Below are positions 50,679 through 62,748 of a stretch of 64,000 nt of DNA, piece by piece (within the stretch, counting starts at the first letter, position 1; each line of letters opens with the position of its first letter). Position numbers and translations under genes: made by a program. The stretch lies in NCBI GenBank assembly GCA_001643675.2, contig LSRY02000019.1, positions 806,001 to 870,000 of the forward strand, read 5' to 3'. The notes beneath the pieces were generated by a model. The model did not search any database. It was not told the origin of the DNA and saw only the letters and a list, made by a program, of their open reading frames with translations. This stretch comes from Monocercomonoides exilis PA203 (Eukaryota > Protista > Preaxostyla).

Positions 50679-51348
50679 TGAAAAGTGTTTTTTATGTCTG
50701 CTTTTTGTGAATATTACTTTCACTTCATGAACATGTGATTTTTGTTAAAATATTTTTTCATTTCATTGGAAATATTCAAATAGTTTTTGAGTTTTTGAAA
50801 AAATAATAATCTTTTTTAAAATACAACTTTAAAAAAATAAAAAATATTGAACGCAGTTTATAAAATACAGAGCCAAGATATGAATGCGCGCATCACCAAC
50901 CTTGCATTGAATTTCTCAAATAAAAAAGAAATCAGAAAACAAATTATGTTCTGAGTTGAAAGAATTTTTTGTTTCGCTAGCTCTCTCTCAATTTGTGAAT
51001 CTACTTTATAATATTAATTTCTTTCGCTTGATGTGAGAATAATTATGGAATGATTTGGTGATTGTTATCCTCTGTTCAAACCAACTATTTTTTAAAACAA
51101 AGATTGAGTTTTCAGAATAATTTCAAAACAACCACAAATTATGTTTTATTTTTGATTTCATAGTTTATCAAATAAAAGAATTTTGGCTTATTAGACGCCT
51201 AAAATGTATCTGTGCATGCTTATTCGCAATCAAGCTTTTAAAAAGTGTATGTCAAAATGAATAAAATCAAGATTTGATATATTGAAACAAAATTGTCATT
51301 TCATCAAAATTTTGAAGAAATAATAAGTAAAACACAATAGATTATTAA

Positions 51349-52146
51349 TTAGCAACAACAACAGCAAGAAGGAGTTGCTGATGCAGCATATCCAACTGTC
51401 ACAGGCATGGCAGCTTATTTTAATTGTATTAATCAAAATACAGTTTTCAATAAATGAAAAAAGAAAATTAACAAAGAAAAAATAACAAACTCTGATAAGT
51501 ATTTTGAACTGTAACAGGAAGTGCAACAGTTGCGACTGTTGTTCCATATCCTCCTGCTCCATATCCTCCCATTCCATAATTACCCATTCCGTAGCTTCCC
51601 ATTCCATAGCTTCCCATTCCCAATCCTCCCATTCCGTATCCACTCATTCCAATACCTCCCATTCCGTAACCTCCCATATAAGAAGGATACATTGACGCAC
51701 CGCTTATCCCCATACCACTCATTCCATAAGAGCTCATTCCACCACATCCACCATATGACCCAATGGAAGCCATTACAGGAACAGAAGCAACGCTATAGCT
51801 AACTGGCATCGCTGCCTGAGTTGGGCAACAGCAACAGCATGGATCGCTTCCGTAAGCACCATAGCCTCCTCCATACATCATGAAAGAATTTCCCATTCCA
51901 AAGCCGCTTCCCATTCCTCCTCCCATTCCATATCCCATGCCAAATCCGGGGAAATATGGACTTCCAAACCCATATCCCATGGAGCCTATAAAAATGAAAT
52001 AAAAATAAAAGAAAATTGTTTTTATGAAACTGTAAACAGCAAAGAGGTTTTGAGTTCAGGTCAGTATCATTTTTCATCAAATGTTGCTTTCTTGTCGAAG
52101 CACACACAGAAGCTGCAATAACAAGTAGATACAATTGAGTTAGCAT
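51349..52146 (-). CDS. Secreted Gly/Met/Tyr-rich protein with two CCCCC clusters (exons 52146-52038, 51985-51491, 51413-51349; ~222 aa)
   Basis: Signal-peptide-like start MLTQLYLLVIAASVCA, two frame-preserving GT-AG introns, GMGxY repeats, and the ending ATPSCCCCC*. Confidence 0.78.
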
Positions 52147-52508
52147 TAACAACTTTTGAAAATAGCTTGTCAAATGAATCAAAAAATTTTTTGAGTTGTT
52201 TTAAATAAACAGTTCACATCATAAGAAAATCGAAATCAATAAAATGAAAAAACACCTTAAAATCAAAGTCAATGCTTTAATGCATAAGAAATAAGTAAGT
52301 TCAAATGTTTATTGAACTTGCACATAATGAAATCAGTTTATCATTTTTCAATCGAAACAGATCTAAAATATAATATATTAATAATGACAATTGATCACTT
52401 TTGCGTACAAATTGATCTTTTCATACTTATCGTTATATATATAATCTGAAAGAAAACTTTCACAAAAAATTATTTGATATATCTTTATCAAACTAATAAT
52501 AATTCAAA

Positions 52509-52919
52509 ATGGTTAGAACAAAGCAAGTTTCTCGTAAACAAATTGGCGTTAAAGCTCCACGCAAACAACTCGCTTCAAAAGCCGCACGCAAAACAGCAGC
52601 TGCAGCTGGTGGTGTGAAGAAGCCCCATCGTTTCCGTCCAGGTACTGTGGCGCTTCGTGAAATCAGAAAGTATCAGAAGAGCACTGAACTTTTGATTAGA
52701 AAACTTCCATTCCAACGTCTTGTTCGTGAAATTGCACAAGAATACAAAACTGATTTGAGATTCCAAAGCTCAGCAGTTGCAGCTCTTCAGGAAGCATGCG
52801 AGGCTTATCTCGTTGGATTGTTTGAAGATACTAACTTGTGTGCAATTCATGCAAAACGTGTTACAATCATGCCAAAAGATATGCAATTAGCAAGAAGAAT
52901 CAGAGCTGAACGTGCATAA
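52509..52919 (+). CDS. H3: Histone H3 with a divergent N-terminal tail
   Basis: 136-aa intronless ORF with the canonical H3 fold [40 protein letters not shown]...[11 protein letters not shown]. Confidence 0.98.
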   Translation: MVRTKQVSRKQIGVKAPRKQLASKAARKTAAAAGGVKKPHRFRPGTVALREIRKYQKSTELLIRKLPFQRLVREIAQEYKTDLRFQSSAVAALQEACEAYLVGLFEDTNLCAIHAKRVTIMPKDMQLARRIRAERA

Positions 52920-52957
52920 TTCTGACATTTCAAGTTATCATATTTTTGTTTTTTATA

Positions 52958-52977
52958 GTGTTTTTAAACACAATAAA
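52958..52977 (+). promoter_or_regulatory. Histone 3' stem-loop-like hairpin followed by AATAAA
   Basis: GTGTT-TTTA-AACAC lies 39 nt after the H3 stop, and AATAAA follows at 52972-52977. Confidence 0.5.
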
Positions 52978-53222
52978 ACAGATTGTTTTAAAGTTAGAGG
53001 GTTATTTGTAAATTGAGAAAAAAGTTGTTTATTATCATTTCAAAAAATTGAAATGCCAGATAAAAATAAACTTGGGTTGTTAAAATATTTGAAAAAAAAG
53101 TTTCTGAAAAATTATGCTTTTTTGGGTGAGAGTATTGGCATCATTAATCATCTTCAAATAATTTTGAGAAACATATATTGGTATCATTTGATCAACCGTT
53201 TTGAATTATTATTTGCTCAATC

Positions 53223-56200
53223 ATGGCTTCGTTTCCCACGAAATTGAGGTATGAATAGACTTTTTTAACTTTACATTTAATAAACTTTCGCATATAGCTT
53301 TTCACTTGGGAGTACAACCCCGCCAAAGCTGTTTGAGAACAAACTTGCTTATTTAAGCGGTACATCTGTATGCCTTTCAAATCTGAAGGAAGGCTCAATG
53401 TCTCATATTTGGGGTCTTTCATACGGAATCAGTTGCTTTGCAGTTTCTCAATCCTCATTTCACATTGCATTTGCTTCGAGAGATTCAACTCCATCGATTT
53501 CCATCTTAAAATCTCCTGAAATGGAATTGATTCAAGTTCTTCCTGGTTTGTTATTTTGTTGATAATCAATATTAATTATTTTTAAACTAAATTTATTAAA
53601 GGTTATCCTCTCGTTCCATTTGAAATTTTGGCATTTTCTCGCGATGGACGTTTTCTCGCTTCATTATCGTCTCTACCCGAAGCAAAGCTTACGATATGGG
53701 ATTGGAATCGTGATGGAGAGCCTCATCTTTGTAACTATTATCTGAATAGAGAAAAACAACCTCAAGATATTTGTTTAAATCCTTTATATGTACAAAGAAA
53801 AGACAAGCAGTCATTTGGAGCAACAGGCAGAGGACAGCTCGGAACGACAAAGCGTTCAGGGTTAGCGCTTCCTTCTGCAATTTCTCAATCAAAAGGACAA
53901 GATTCAAAAAACGGAGTTGATATGCTGGAGATGTCGCTTAATCCTCCTCAATGGCACACAGTTATTTTCAACCCTGAAAATAGATATGAAATTTGTGTGT
54001 TATCCCATCGATATGTGTTTGTGATGTCGATGGTGCCTCACGAACTCACATGCCTCCTCACGCCTGGGCTGTACCGCATTCCTGATGAAATGGGAGATGC
54101 TCTATGTTGTGTGTGGCTTCCGCAATCCCAGGGTATTCTGATTGGCACCTCAAAGGGACAGATATTTCGTTTTGATGCAGAAGAGTTGCATTTTCGCGGG
54201 AAATCATCGTTAGATGCCGATCAAGCACAAACAAGATATGATGCTGATAGACAGCTTTCCGGAAGCCCTTCGGAAAAGGAAACATTTACTGAGGAGACGC
54301 GAATCCCATCTGGTTCTCCGATATCTTCACTTGCACTCACCAAGCACGGCTTATTTGCTGGCTGTTTGGACGGGCAGCTGCTGTATCTCAGTTGCCCTTT
54401 TCTGCATTTGCGTCACTCGTTTCGTCTGGAGAGTCTTCCATCATTTTCTGCCTCATCTTCATCGTTTGCTTCTTCTCCTTCCTTTTCTGCATCATCCAGC
54501 AATCACACTTCCTTCGGTGCTGCCACTTCAATTTCTGCTCTTTCACCACATCAGCCTTCTCTCACACTTATGCCCAATTCATCATCATCTTCTTCTTCTT
54601 CTTCTTCTTCTTCTTCTTCTTCAACAGATTCCGATCCCACTCTTTCTTCCCTCCCGTTCTGTGCAACATCCATTCTCTCTCTCGACACTGATGCACGAAT
54701 GCAGCTGCTTCTTGTGAATTCTGCGTCTGGCGCGTCGTTTCTTGCGGCGCTGGAAGACATCGAAGAACTCGAAGAGCGGCGCATCTGGCAGCTGCTGATG
54801 AGAGAGCAGATGGCAGAAATGGAGCTGGACGAGAGAAGAGAAAGCGGATACAGCAGCGAATGGAAGGAGAGGACAGTCGACGATGCAACACTCAACAGAA
54901 ACGGTGAAGATGGAGTAGATGGTTATAAAGGTGAAGAAAGATTGGCCAGAGCATCGTCTCAGATTGGAGGAGATGTGAGTGGAAGAGGAAACAATGCCAT
55001 CAGAAGAAACAAATACCGTCTTGTTTCTTGGGAAGAGCTGGGAAGGGTGATGCGCAGAGGAAGAGGAAGAGGAGGCGTTTTGAATGAAAAAGGAGAAGAA
55101 AATGCAGAAGATGAAAATGAGTTAGAAATGGATGATGGAGAAATAGAAGAGGTTACAACAATCGGCCCAGATGATCTGCTGAAATCATATTCATTTTTCA
55201 ATGAAAATGATGATGCAGATGAAGATGAAAGTGAAGAGCGAAATCTAAAAGATATTTCCAAAAGGAGAAATACAGAAAGAAATTCAGATGATTTGATCGA
55301 TGATAACGAAAGAAATACATCCAAAGGCAAATTCTCTCAGCATCTTCGAGCAATTGATCGTATGCAGCTGAGGTATGTGCGTGTGATGGACCGCCACATC
55401 GGAGCTGTTTCAGCTGTTGAGTGGCTGTCACCGACGATGTTTGCGACAGTCGGAGGGGAAGATGCTACGCTTCGCATTTGGGAGCAGCACAACGCAGGCA
55501 ACGATGTGTCATTTGTTGAAGGCACACGCGAAATGTTGAACACACTCGCACCACGAAGGCTGCTTCGACAGCGTCTGAAGGAGATGGAAAAGAGCTTTGC
55601 GACTGCTGAGCAGTTGGATGCGGCGGAACTGAATGAAACTCAAAGAAATGTACTTTCAAACATCATTAGGCGCAAAAACGGACAAGTTGCTCGAAATGAG
55701 GAATATTCCGATGAAGATCCTTCTTTTGCACCTCCTCAGCCACTCGGAAATGAAGACGATTTCTCATCAAACAAAGGAAATGAACAAAATAACAACGAAT
55801 TTGCGAGGTCAGATTCTAATGACAGCGAAGATAAAGAAGCTCTTTCTGAATTGATTTTGATGTCATCGCAGATGGATCTTGACTGGTTTGATGCAGTTGG
55901 CGTTCCGTTTCATCTGACCACTGACCCAACACTCGACTCCACACGCGACAGAAGAGAAGGAGATGAATTGTCTTCACCGATTGTGCAGATCATCCAGTCA
56001 GACTCGATGAACAGCGGAGGAGGTGAAGGCGAGGAAGGAGCAGGAGGCAACAGAGAATCAGGAAGTGGTGCGAATGGGAACAATGAAGGAATGAGAGACG
56101 AAGGCGATGGTGCCAGCAGGATGGGGGGAGGGTATGAAGATGAGATGGGCGGAGCTGGCGGAGAAGGAGACAACGACGAATACGGAGCTGATTTGAATGA

Positions 56201-59200
56201 CCCTTCAAACGTGCTGCAGACTGGAAGGTCAACACGCTCTCGCCCTGGAATGGACGGTGGAGCAGGCGATGCAGCTGATGGCGATGGAGCAGGAAGGGGA
56301 AATACAGGGAGAGGATCACAAGGAGGAGAAGGGTCTGGAAAGAAAGGCCCGCACACGAAGAGAAGGCGCATTCATCAAAGACCCACAAAGCAGCCTGCAC
56401 CGCGTACTGCATGCCATGGAGTGAGGATGGTAGCAACGATAAGATTAGGTGTGTCAGCACAGGCAATGTCGTTCTGCAGTGGTGCTGGACTTCTAGTTGT
56501 TGGGACAGACTGTGGAACAGTGAGGATATATGATGCAAGAGACTTCTGTGCACTGGAAGATGGGAAAGAAGGGAGTGCAACACCAGGAACGCCAATGGGC
56601 AATCAACCAGGTAGCTCAAGAACGCCTCTTCAACAGCAGATGCAGAGAAATCAGTCGTTTTCTTCACAACACTCGCAGTCTCTGGCAAAGTTGACACCTG
56701 CAGAAGCTCAAGATACTACAAACAATGAAAAGAAAGTTCTGAAAAATGAAGAGAAGGGACTGCGTCTTCTTCACCGTGTTCGACTGTTCACATCGGCTGT
56801 GGTGTGTCTCAGATACCATCCGTATGGCCAATACATTGGTGTTACCAGCGATGATTCCCGGCTCTTCATTTTGGACGGTCGGCCAGCACGCAACTTCTCT
56901 CTCTTTGGCTATGTGACACTGCAGCACCCTGCACTTTCTCTGTCATGGGCAACAAACGGCACCCGCTCTGAAGCTCTGGTGGGATTGTCAAATGGAGATG
57001 TGCTCCGAATCACCCCACCTCCACTCGACACAACAAGCGAAGAGAACGAAATTCCGTCGTTTTTGATCAAAAAGTCTGCTGTGCATCTTGAATATCCTGC
57101 AGACTCACTCGCTGCGCTGCCTCTTCCTGTACCACCGACCATTCCTCAGGCAGCACCTGGGCGAAGAGCAGGGACAGGCGCATCAGCAGCAGCTGCAGCA
57201 CAAGCACTGCAGAATGCGTCGCTCAATCATCAGGCTGTGTATCTCTCTTCACTGAATGAGCACTCGCTGTTTGCACTCACACGAGACAGGATTGCTCGGC
57301 TGTATTGTCTGCCGCTGGAGATGGAGGAGAGCGAGTCCACAGACGAAGCCTCGTTCTTTGCGTGTTCGGGCGCCTGTGGAGGGATGGAGAAGAACGGAAC
57401 AGTCGACTCACTAGCTGTTTCGCCAGACGGAAAGCTGCTTGCAGCTGTCTGCAGAGATGGCTGCTTGGCACTTCATTCAGTTCAGATGCTTGGCTCACAG
57501 ATGCAGCAGGCTTCACTCGCTGCTGGTGGTGACATTCCTGGTATTGGTGGAGGAATGGGCATTCCTCAAGTGCATCCTCTGTTTCTGCATAGATCACACG
57601 ATCCATTCCGCGGGGGAGGTGCTTGCATCAGATTCTCTCCCACATCCACCCACGCCATCTCCACTGGACACGATGGGTGTGCATTCGGATGGGAGGTTCC
57701 TGTTCTTCCTTCTCCTGAGCTTGTGCCAATCATGGGGCATCAGCCGCACCTCACACAGACATTCAAACAAGGAGGCGCTTTTGGAGCGCAGACAACGGCT
57801 GGAGGAAGTGGACAGACAACATCGTTGAATGGGATAGTCACTCCGAATGAGCACTTTACGAGAGCAGAAGTGGCAGCATCAGCAATTATGAAGGAGGTAC
57901 CAAGGAGAATCGAGTTTATTCAGAAGCAGAGAGAAGAGATGAGAAATGAGTTGAGAGAAAGAAGAGAAAGGGAAAGAAGAGAAAGAAGGTTTGTTGGAGA
58001 AGACATGGATGAAGAAGGAGAAGATAGAGACAGAAAGAACAGCACTGGACGGATGGACGAACTGTCGACTCCAATTTCGAGGCACAGAAGAAGAGACGCC
58101 TCAGACGAAAGAGACAGTCCAATGGAAGATGGAGCCATGTCACGTCGTGCGGGAACAGCACATCTGATGCCGAGTGGAGATGCAGATGAGATCCTCACAC
58201 CAGACGATGAAGAGCCGCTGTTCTTTGAGGCGAAGCAGCGGAAACAGGAGGAAGAGGAAATACGGCAGTATGTGTCAGTCAACGAGCAGTTGAAGGAGCA
58301 GATGAAGAGAATAAGACAGGCTCTTTCTGATCTTATTGCTCGCAACAAGAACGCGCCTGAAGCAGAAAGGTTGGATCGATTGGAGGTTGTGATTGACACA
58401 GAGCTAAGGGAAAAGCTGAAGAAGGACAGTGAAAGGCAGGCAAGAGAAGTGACTGCTGAGGTGAGGAAAGAGGAGCTGATGAGTTCAATTCGAACACTGC
58501 GAATCAAAGCGCTGTGTTGGGACACGATGGAAGTGCAAGGATCAGCACTGGTTGCATTCAACACAGTTGACAATGCAGCGGAAGAGAACAATGAACAAGA
58601 TGCTCAGCTGGGAGCAACAGTGCAAATGGATCAGACATTATTATCGCAACATCCAAGTTCTCCTTTGGCTCAGCTGTCTCCTCAGCAACAACGCCAGCAA
58701 TCTTCAAATTCCGCTGCGCTTGTTCCCACTTCTTCTGCTTCTTATTTGCCTTCCTCAAAACTACCCAAATTGCGAGTGTATAATTTTGCTCTTGCCAAGC
58801 AGTCACCGCAAACTCTGAGGAAGTTGGATATCATCCGAAGAATGCGACGAATGGAACTTCTTTCATTCCACAGGCAGCCACGAGACACACTCTTCCGCAC
58901 TTTGGTGGAGAAGAGGCAGCCAGCAGCTGTTACAGCGATGCTCAGCGCATCGTCCTCTTCTGCAGATAGCTCTGGCGCTGTACAGCTTTCACTTCAGAAC
59001 GGAGAATATTCGCTCACATCGCACGCTCTTCCTGTTGAACACTCGATTAAAATCAAGCTGGGCTTGTCGAAGAATGCATATCGCAATGCAGACAACATCC
59101 TGAACATTGCTGGGAGCAAAAGTGGCAGCGAGAGAGGGAGAAGTGGAGATGGAGACAACACAGCCGCGGGAGAAGGATCAGAATCGAACAACATTTCCAA

Positions 59201-62200
59201 TCTTTTGAACATTGCACTTCCTGGCAGTTCTGCTTCCTCATCATCAACCTCTTCTTCATCGAATGCGTCACAAGGTGCATCTGCTTCAGGCTCTGCTGCT
59301 CAGAATCCCGCGCTTGTTCCGACAGGCGCAGATGAACAGAGCGACTTGTCTGGAGATGTGCTGATGGATGTGCAGAAGCTGTCACAACATGACACTCTGC
59401 TGTTGTATCATCCCCTGCAACTTGTGTCTGTGCAGAGGAAGCTCACGCAGATGGCACTTTTGGCATCGATCACAAGGCAGCTCCGTAGAGAATTCAACGA
59501 GAAATTTGAGCAGATGCGAAAGGAGAAAGAGAGTACAATAGAAAAGGTGTCGAGGCTGCAGAAGCAAATTGACGATATCAGAGAACAGCTGGAGGCATCG
59601 GACAAGGCAGGCAATGGGCCAGATGCAGAAGAAGAAGAGGAAGATGAAGATGAAACACAGGGCAATGAGAACGGTGGAGATGGCTCTTCTCAAATGGCTG
59701 GATCTCCTTTGGGATCACAAGGTGCTCAAGGAAATCAGTCACAACTTGGATCAGATGGTAAGCGAATGAGAAAAGCACAAGCAGCAGCCGAAGCAAGAAA
59801 GAAGATTAACTTTGCACCGTTTCTTCATCTACATCCGCTGGAAAAGCCAGAAATGGTGTGGAGTGTGACAGACGGAGAGGTAATTGAAGAATTGGAGCAA
59901 AGAGCTGCAAAAGCTTCACTTTCATCTGGGCAGACAGGTTCTTCCTCTTCTGCCTCTCAAAAAGACGGAGCAAAGAACTCATTTTTGCCTTCAGCTTCAT
60001 TGCTTGCTGCGACGTTAGGTGCCACTTCTTCATCGTCTGCTGGTGGTTCAGAAGGCTGGAACACATCACAAGCGCCTCTTGACCCAGAATCGGCTAAGCG
60101 TGCGCTGATGGACATGATGGATGGGACATTACAGGCAAAGAGTGAGGAGTCTCTGCTTACAATGCAGATTGTGAGAGAGCCCTGGATGGACACTGTTCCA
60201 CCGGAGAAGTACACAGACGAGCAGAAGGCAGCAATGGCAGAGTATCTGAAGAAGAAGGAGACAGTTGCGAAGTTCAGAAAGTCGAAGGAGAACGAGCTGG
60301 AGCTGCTGGCGGAGACGGCACGTGAGTCGCTTCGTTTGTTTGACGAGAAACTGGAAGAGCTGCTTTTGGAGCGCATAGAAGTGTCCAAGCGGTGCTTTGA
60401 GAACGAGATGTGGATCACAAAGCTATCTGAATCAATACTTGCACAGGAAGGGCAGTTGAGAGAAGATAAACAGCTGAGGATGAAACATGCTCAGTTGTCT
60501 TCAGAGAAGAAAGAGAGAAAAGCGATGCAGCAGCAAACAGAACGGCACATCGATGTCATCAAACAGGAGACAGCGCACATCAAAGAAAGAGTGAAGCAAG
60601 TTGATGCAGAGACGAAGGCGATGCTCGAAAGAGAAGTGCGAAGATTCTTCGGAGACAAGCAATCACGTGCAGAAGCATTGAGCGTGGCAATGAATGCATA
60701 CAGAGGCAAACTGCATGGGGCAGGAGGAGCTGATTCAGCAATTGATGAGATGAGTGGAATGAATGGGATGAGGACAGGAGGAAGAGAAGACAGAGACGAT
60801 ACATTGAGTGTCAAAGCATGGGCTGTGCATCAGCTGGCGAGTGAAGGAGGACTTCCAACAATTCTTGACAGCGAAGGAAGGTTTGTGGATGGAAGAGAAG
60901 GAGAGGAAGAAGAGGAAGCAGCTAAAGGAAGAGAGGCATGGAAGAAAGATGAAACAATTGAAGGAAGAAATACAGGGGAAAGTGAAGAAGAAAACGATGA
61001 GGAGAATGAGGAAGGTGATGGGAAGCAAGAAATGTACGATGAAAATGGCAATTTTGTGGGAAGAGAAGGAGAGAAAAGGATCAAAAAGAGAAGAACTGGT
61101 GGAAGAGGAAAAGCAGATGTCTCGAGAGAAGAGAGAGAGAAACGGAGACAGCAAAGAGAAGAGCTCAAAAAATACCTACGTGAAATCCGCTCCGACGAAA
61201 AATGGCTTCGGGAGGTGTTTGGAGAGCATGCAGCGATGTATCTTTCTGTTATTCGGTCGAATTTAGACCCGTTTCTAGCGCATGATGCGTTTGTGGCGTG
61301 GCAGCGGGCGAAGACGCAGGCGGTGCCATTGGAACCAGAAGTGGATGGGGCAGGTGTTCTCCCAGCAGACGACGAGCAGCTGTGGCGGACGATCAACGAA
61401 GCGAGGCAGCAGCGAATCAAACTGGAAGAGGAAATCACGCAGCTTCAGCAGCACATGAATGAGCTTGTGTCGCACAAACAGTATCTGACTGACCGCATCA
61501 GCGCCATCGAGGCAGAGATGGGTGAAGTGAAGAGAGCTCAGCAGCGCTGTGCAGAGAAAACGAAGTACACAGACATCGATCTTGTGCTCATTCTGCGTCT
61601 GTTGCAAGGGCAGGTTGAGGTTCCTCCACAGCCCTGTATCACATCCTATGCAGATGCCCTTCTTGTTCACAGAGATGAAATCTTAGCACTGAATGGGAGA
61701 TTGAGACAGCAAGCACAGCACTCACTGCAGCTGCTGAAACATGCAGGCACGCTGCTGAAGTCGATCAAGTGGAGAGAGTGGGAGATTCAGGCAGCGACGA
61801 TGGCGATTGTGGACGAGGCAAACACGATATCAGAGTTCCACATTATGCGAGTGACGAAAGAATTGCAGGACATTGTGAGGACAGGAGATGACAGCAGGCA
61901 CAAAAGAGAGGAGGAGCAGCTGAAAAAGAAGAGAGAGTATCTCAAGGACTCTGCTTCAAAGAAGATCGATGAGCTGTGGAGACAGCAGAAGAAACTGGAG
62001 GCGCAAATCAAAGCAAAACAGGTTTCAATTTCATGTTTTTTTCTGAAATGAACATTTAACTATTGTTTAATGTTTTCTTACAATAATTATTTATTTTTGC
62101 TTTCAATCTGTTTGTATTTTATTATTTCAGCTTGAAAATGCACAGCTTGATGATCGTATTCGCGAAGCATCAGTTTCCGTTTCACAGAGAAGACGTGTCT

Positions 62201-62415
62201 ATGAAATACAAGCATCAAGAGTGGCACAAGACGATCATCGTGGGTCAGAGATTAGAATGAAAGAGATAATGTCTGAAGGGAATATGAAGTTGAAAATAAA
62301 AGAACAGAACGAAGTGATATCCAAATTACGTGCTGAAGTTGATAGGCTTATGAAAAAGACCTTCTCATCCTTTGAGAATATCAGGCAACCAATGGGGAAC
62401 GTTGACGAAAGATAG
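53223..62415 (+). CDS. CFAP43: Cilia- and flagella-associated protein 43 (WD40 plus coiled coil; exons 53223-53248, 53298-53545, 53602-62021, 62131-62415; ~2992 aa)
   Basis: N-terminal WD repeats (LAFSRDGRFLASLSSLPEAKLTIWDW) and the C-terminal signature LRLLQGQVEV..YADALLVHR..REWE..RVTKELQ..LRAEVDRLMKKTF. All three introns are GT-AG and preserve the frame. Confidence 0.85.
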
Positions 62416-62748
62416 ATCAACAGTTCAATCACTTCACAATTCTCATTACACTTCTTCAATTTCATTTTTAATCAAATTTTTCTTTCATTTCTCTTCTGAA
62501 TGTTTGATATACTTTTATTGTTTAAAATAAAATTCACTTCCAAAATGAATAGAATTTTCTTATCCTTCACTTTTCAAAATATTTTTATTTATTAAATTGT
62601 TATTACTAACATACAATGAACAACATGAAATATCTATTTTTTATCAGGAAAAAAGTCGAAAAATGAACCATTATAATATGAATAACAATAAATAATTAAA
62701 AATATTCTTTTCTAATTAATTACTGAAAAATTAAAGGCTTTCAAAAAT

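Noticed and set aside
53053-53247. ORF MPDKNKLG as the first exon of CFAP43
   Set aside because: The ATG at 53223 with the 53249-53297 intron gives a complete in-frame model, and the upstream ORF is AT-rich with no homology signal.
53689-62011. Numerous antisense and alternate-frame ORFs within CFAP43
   Set aside because: They are shadow ORFs caused by codon bias and low-complexity sequence.
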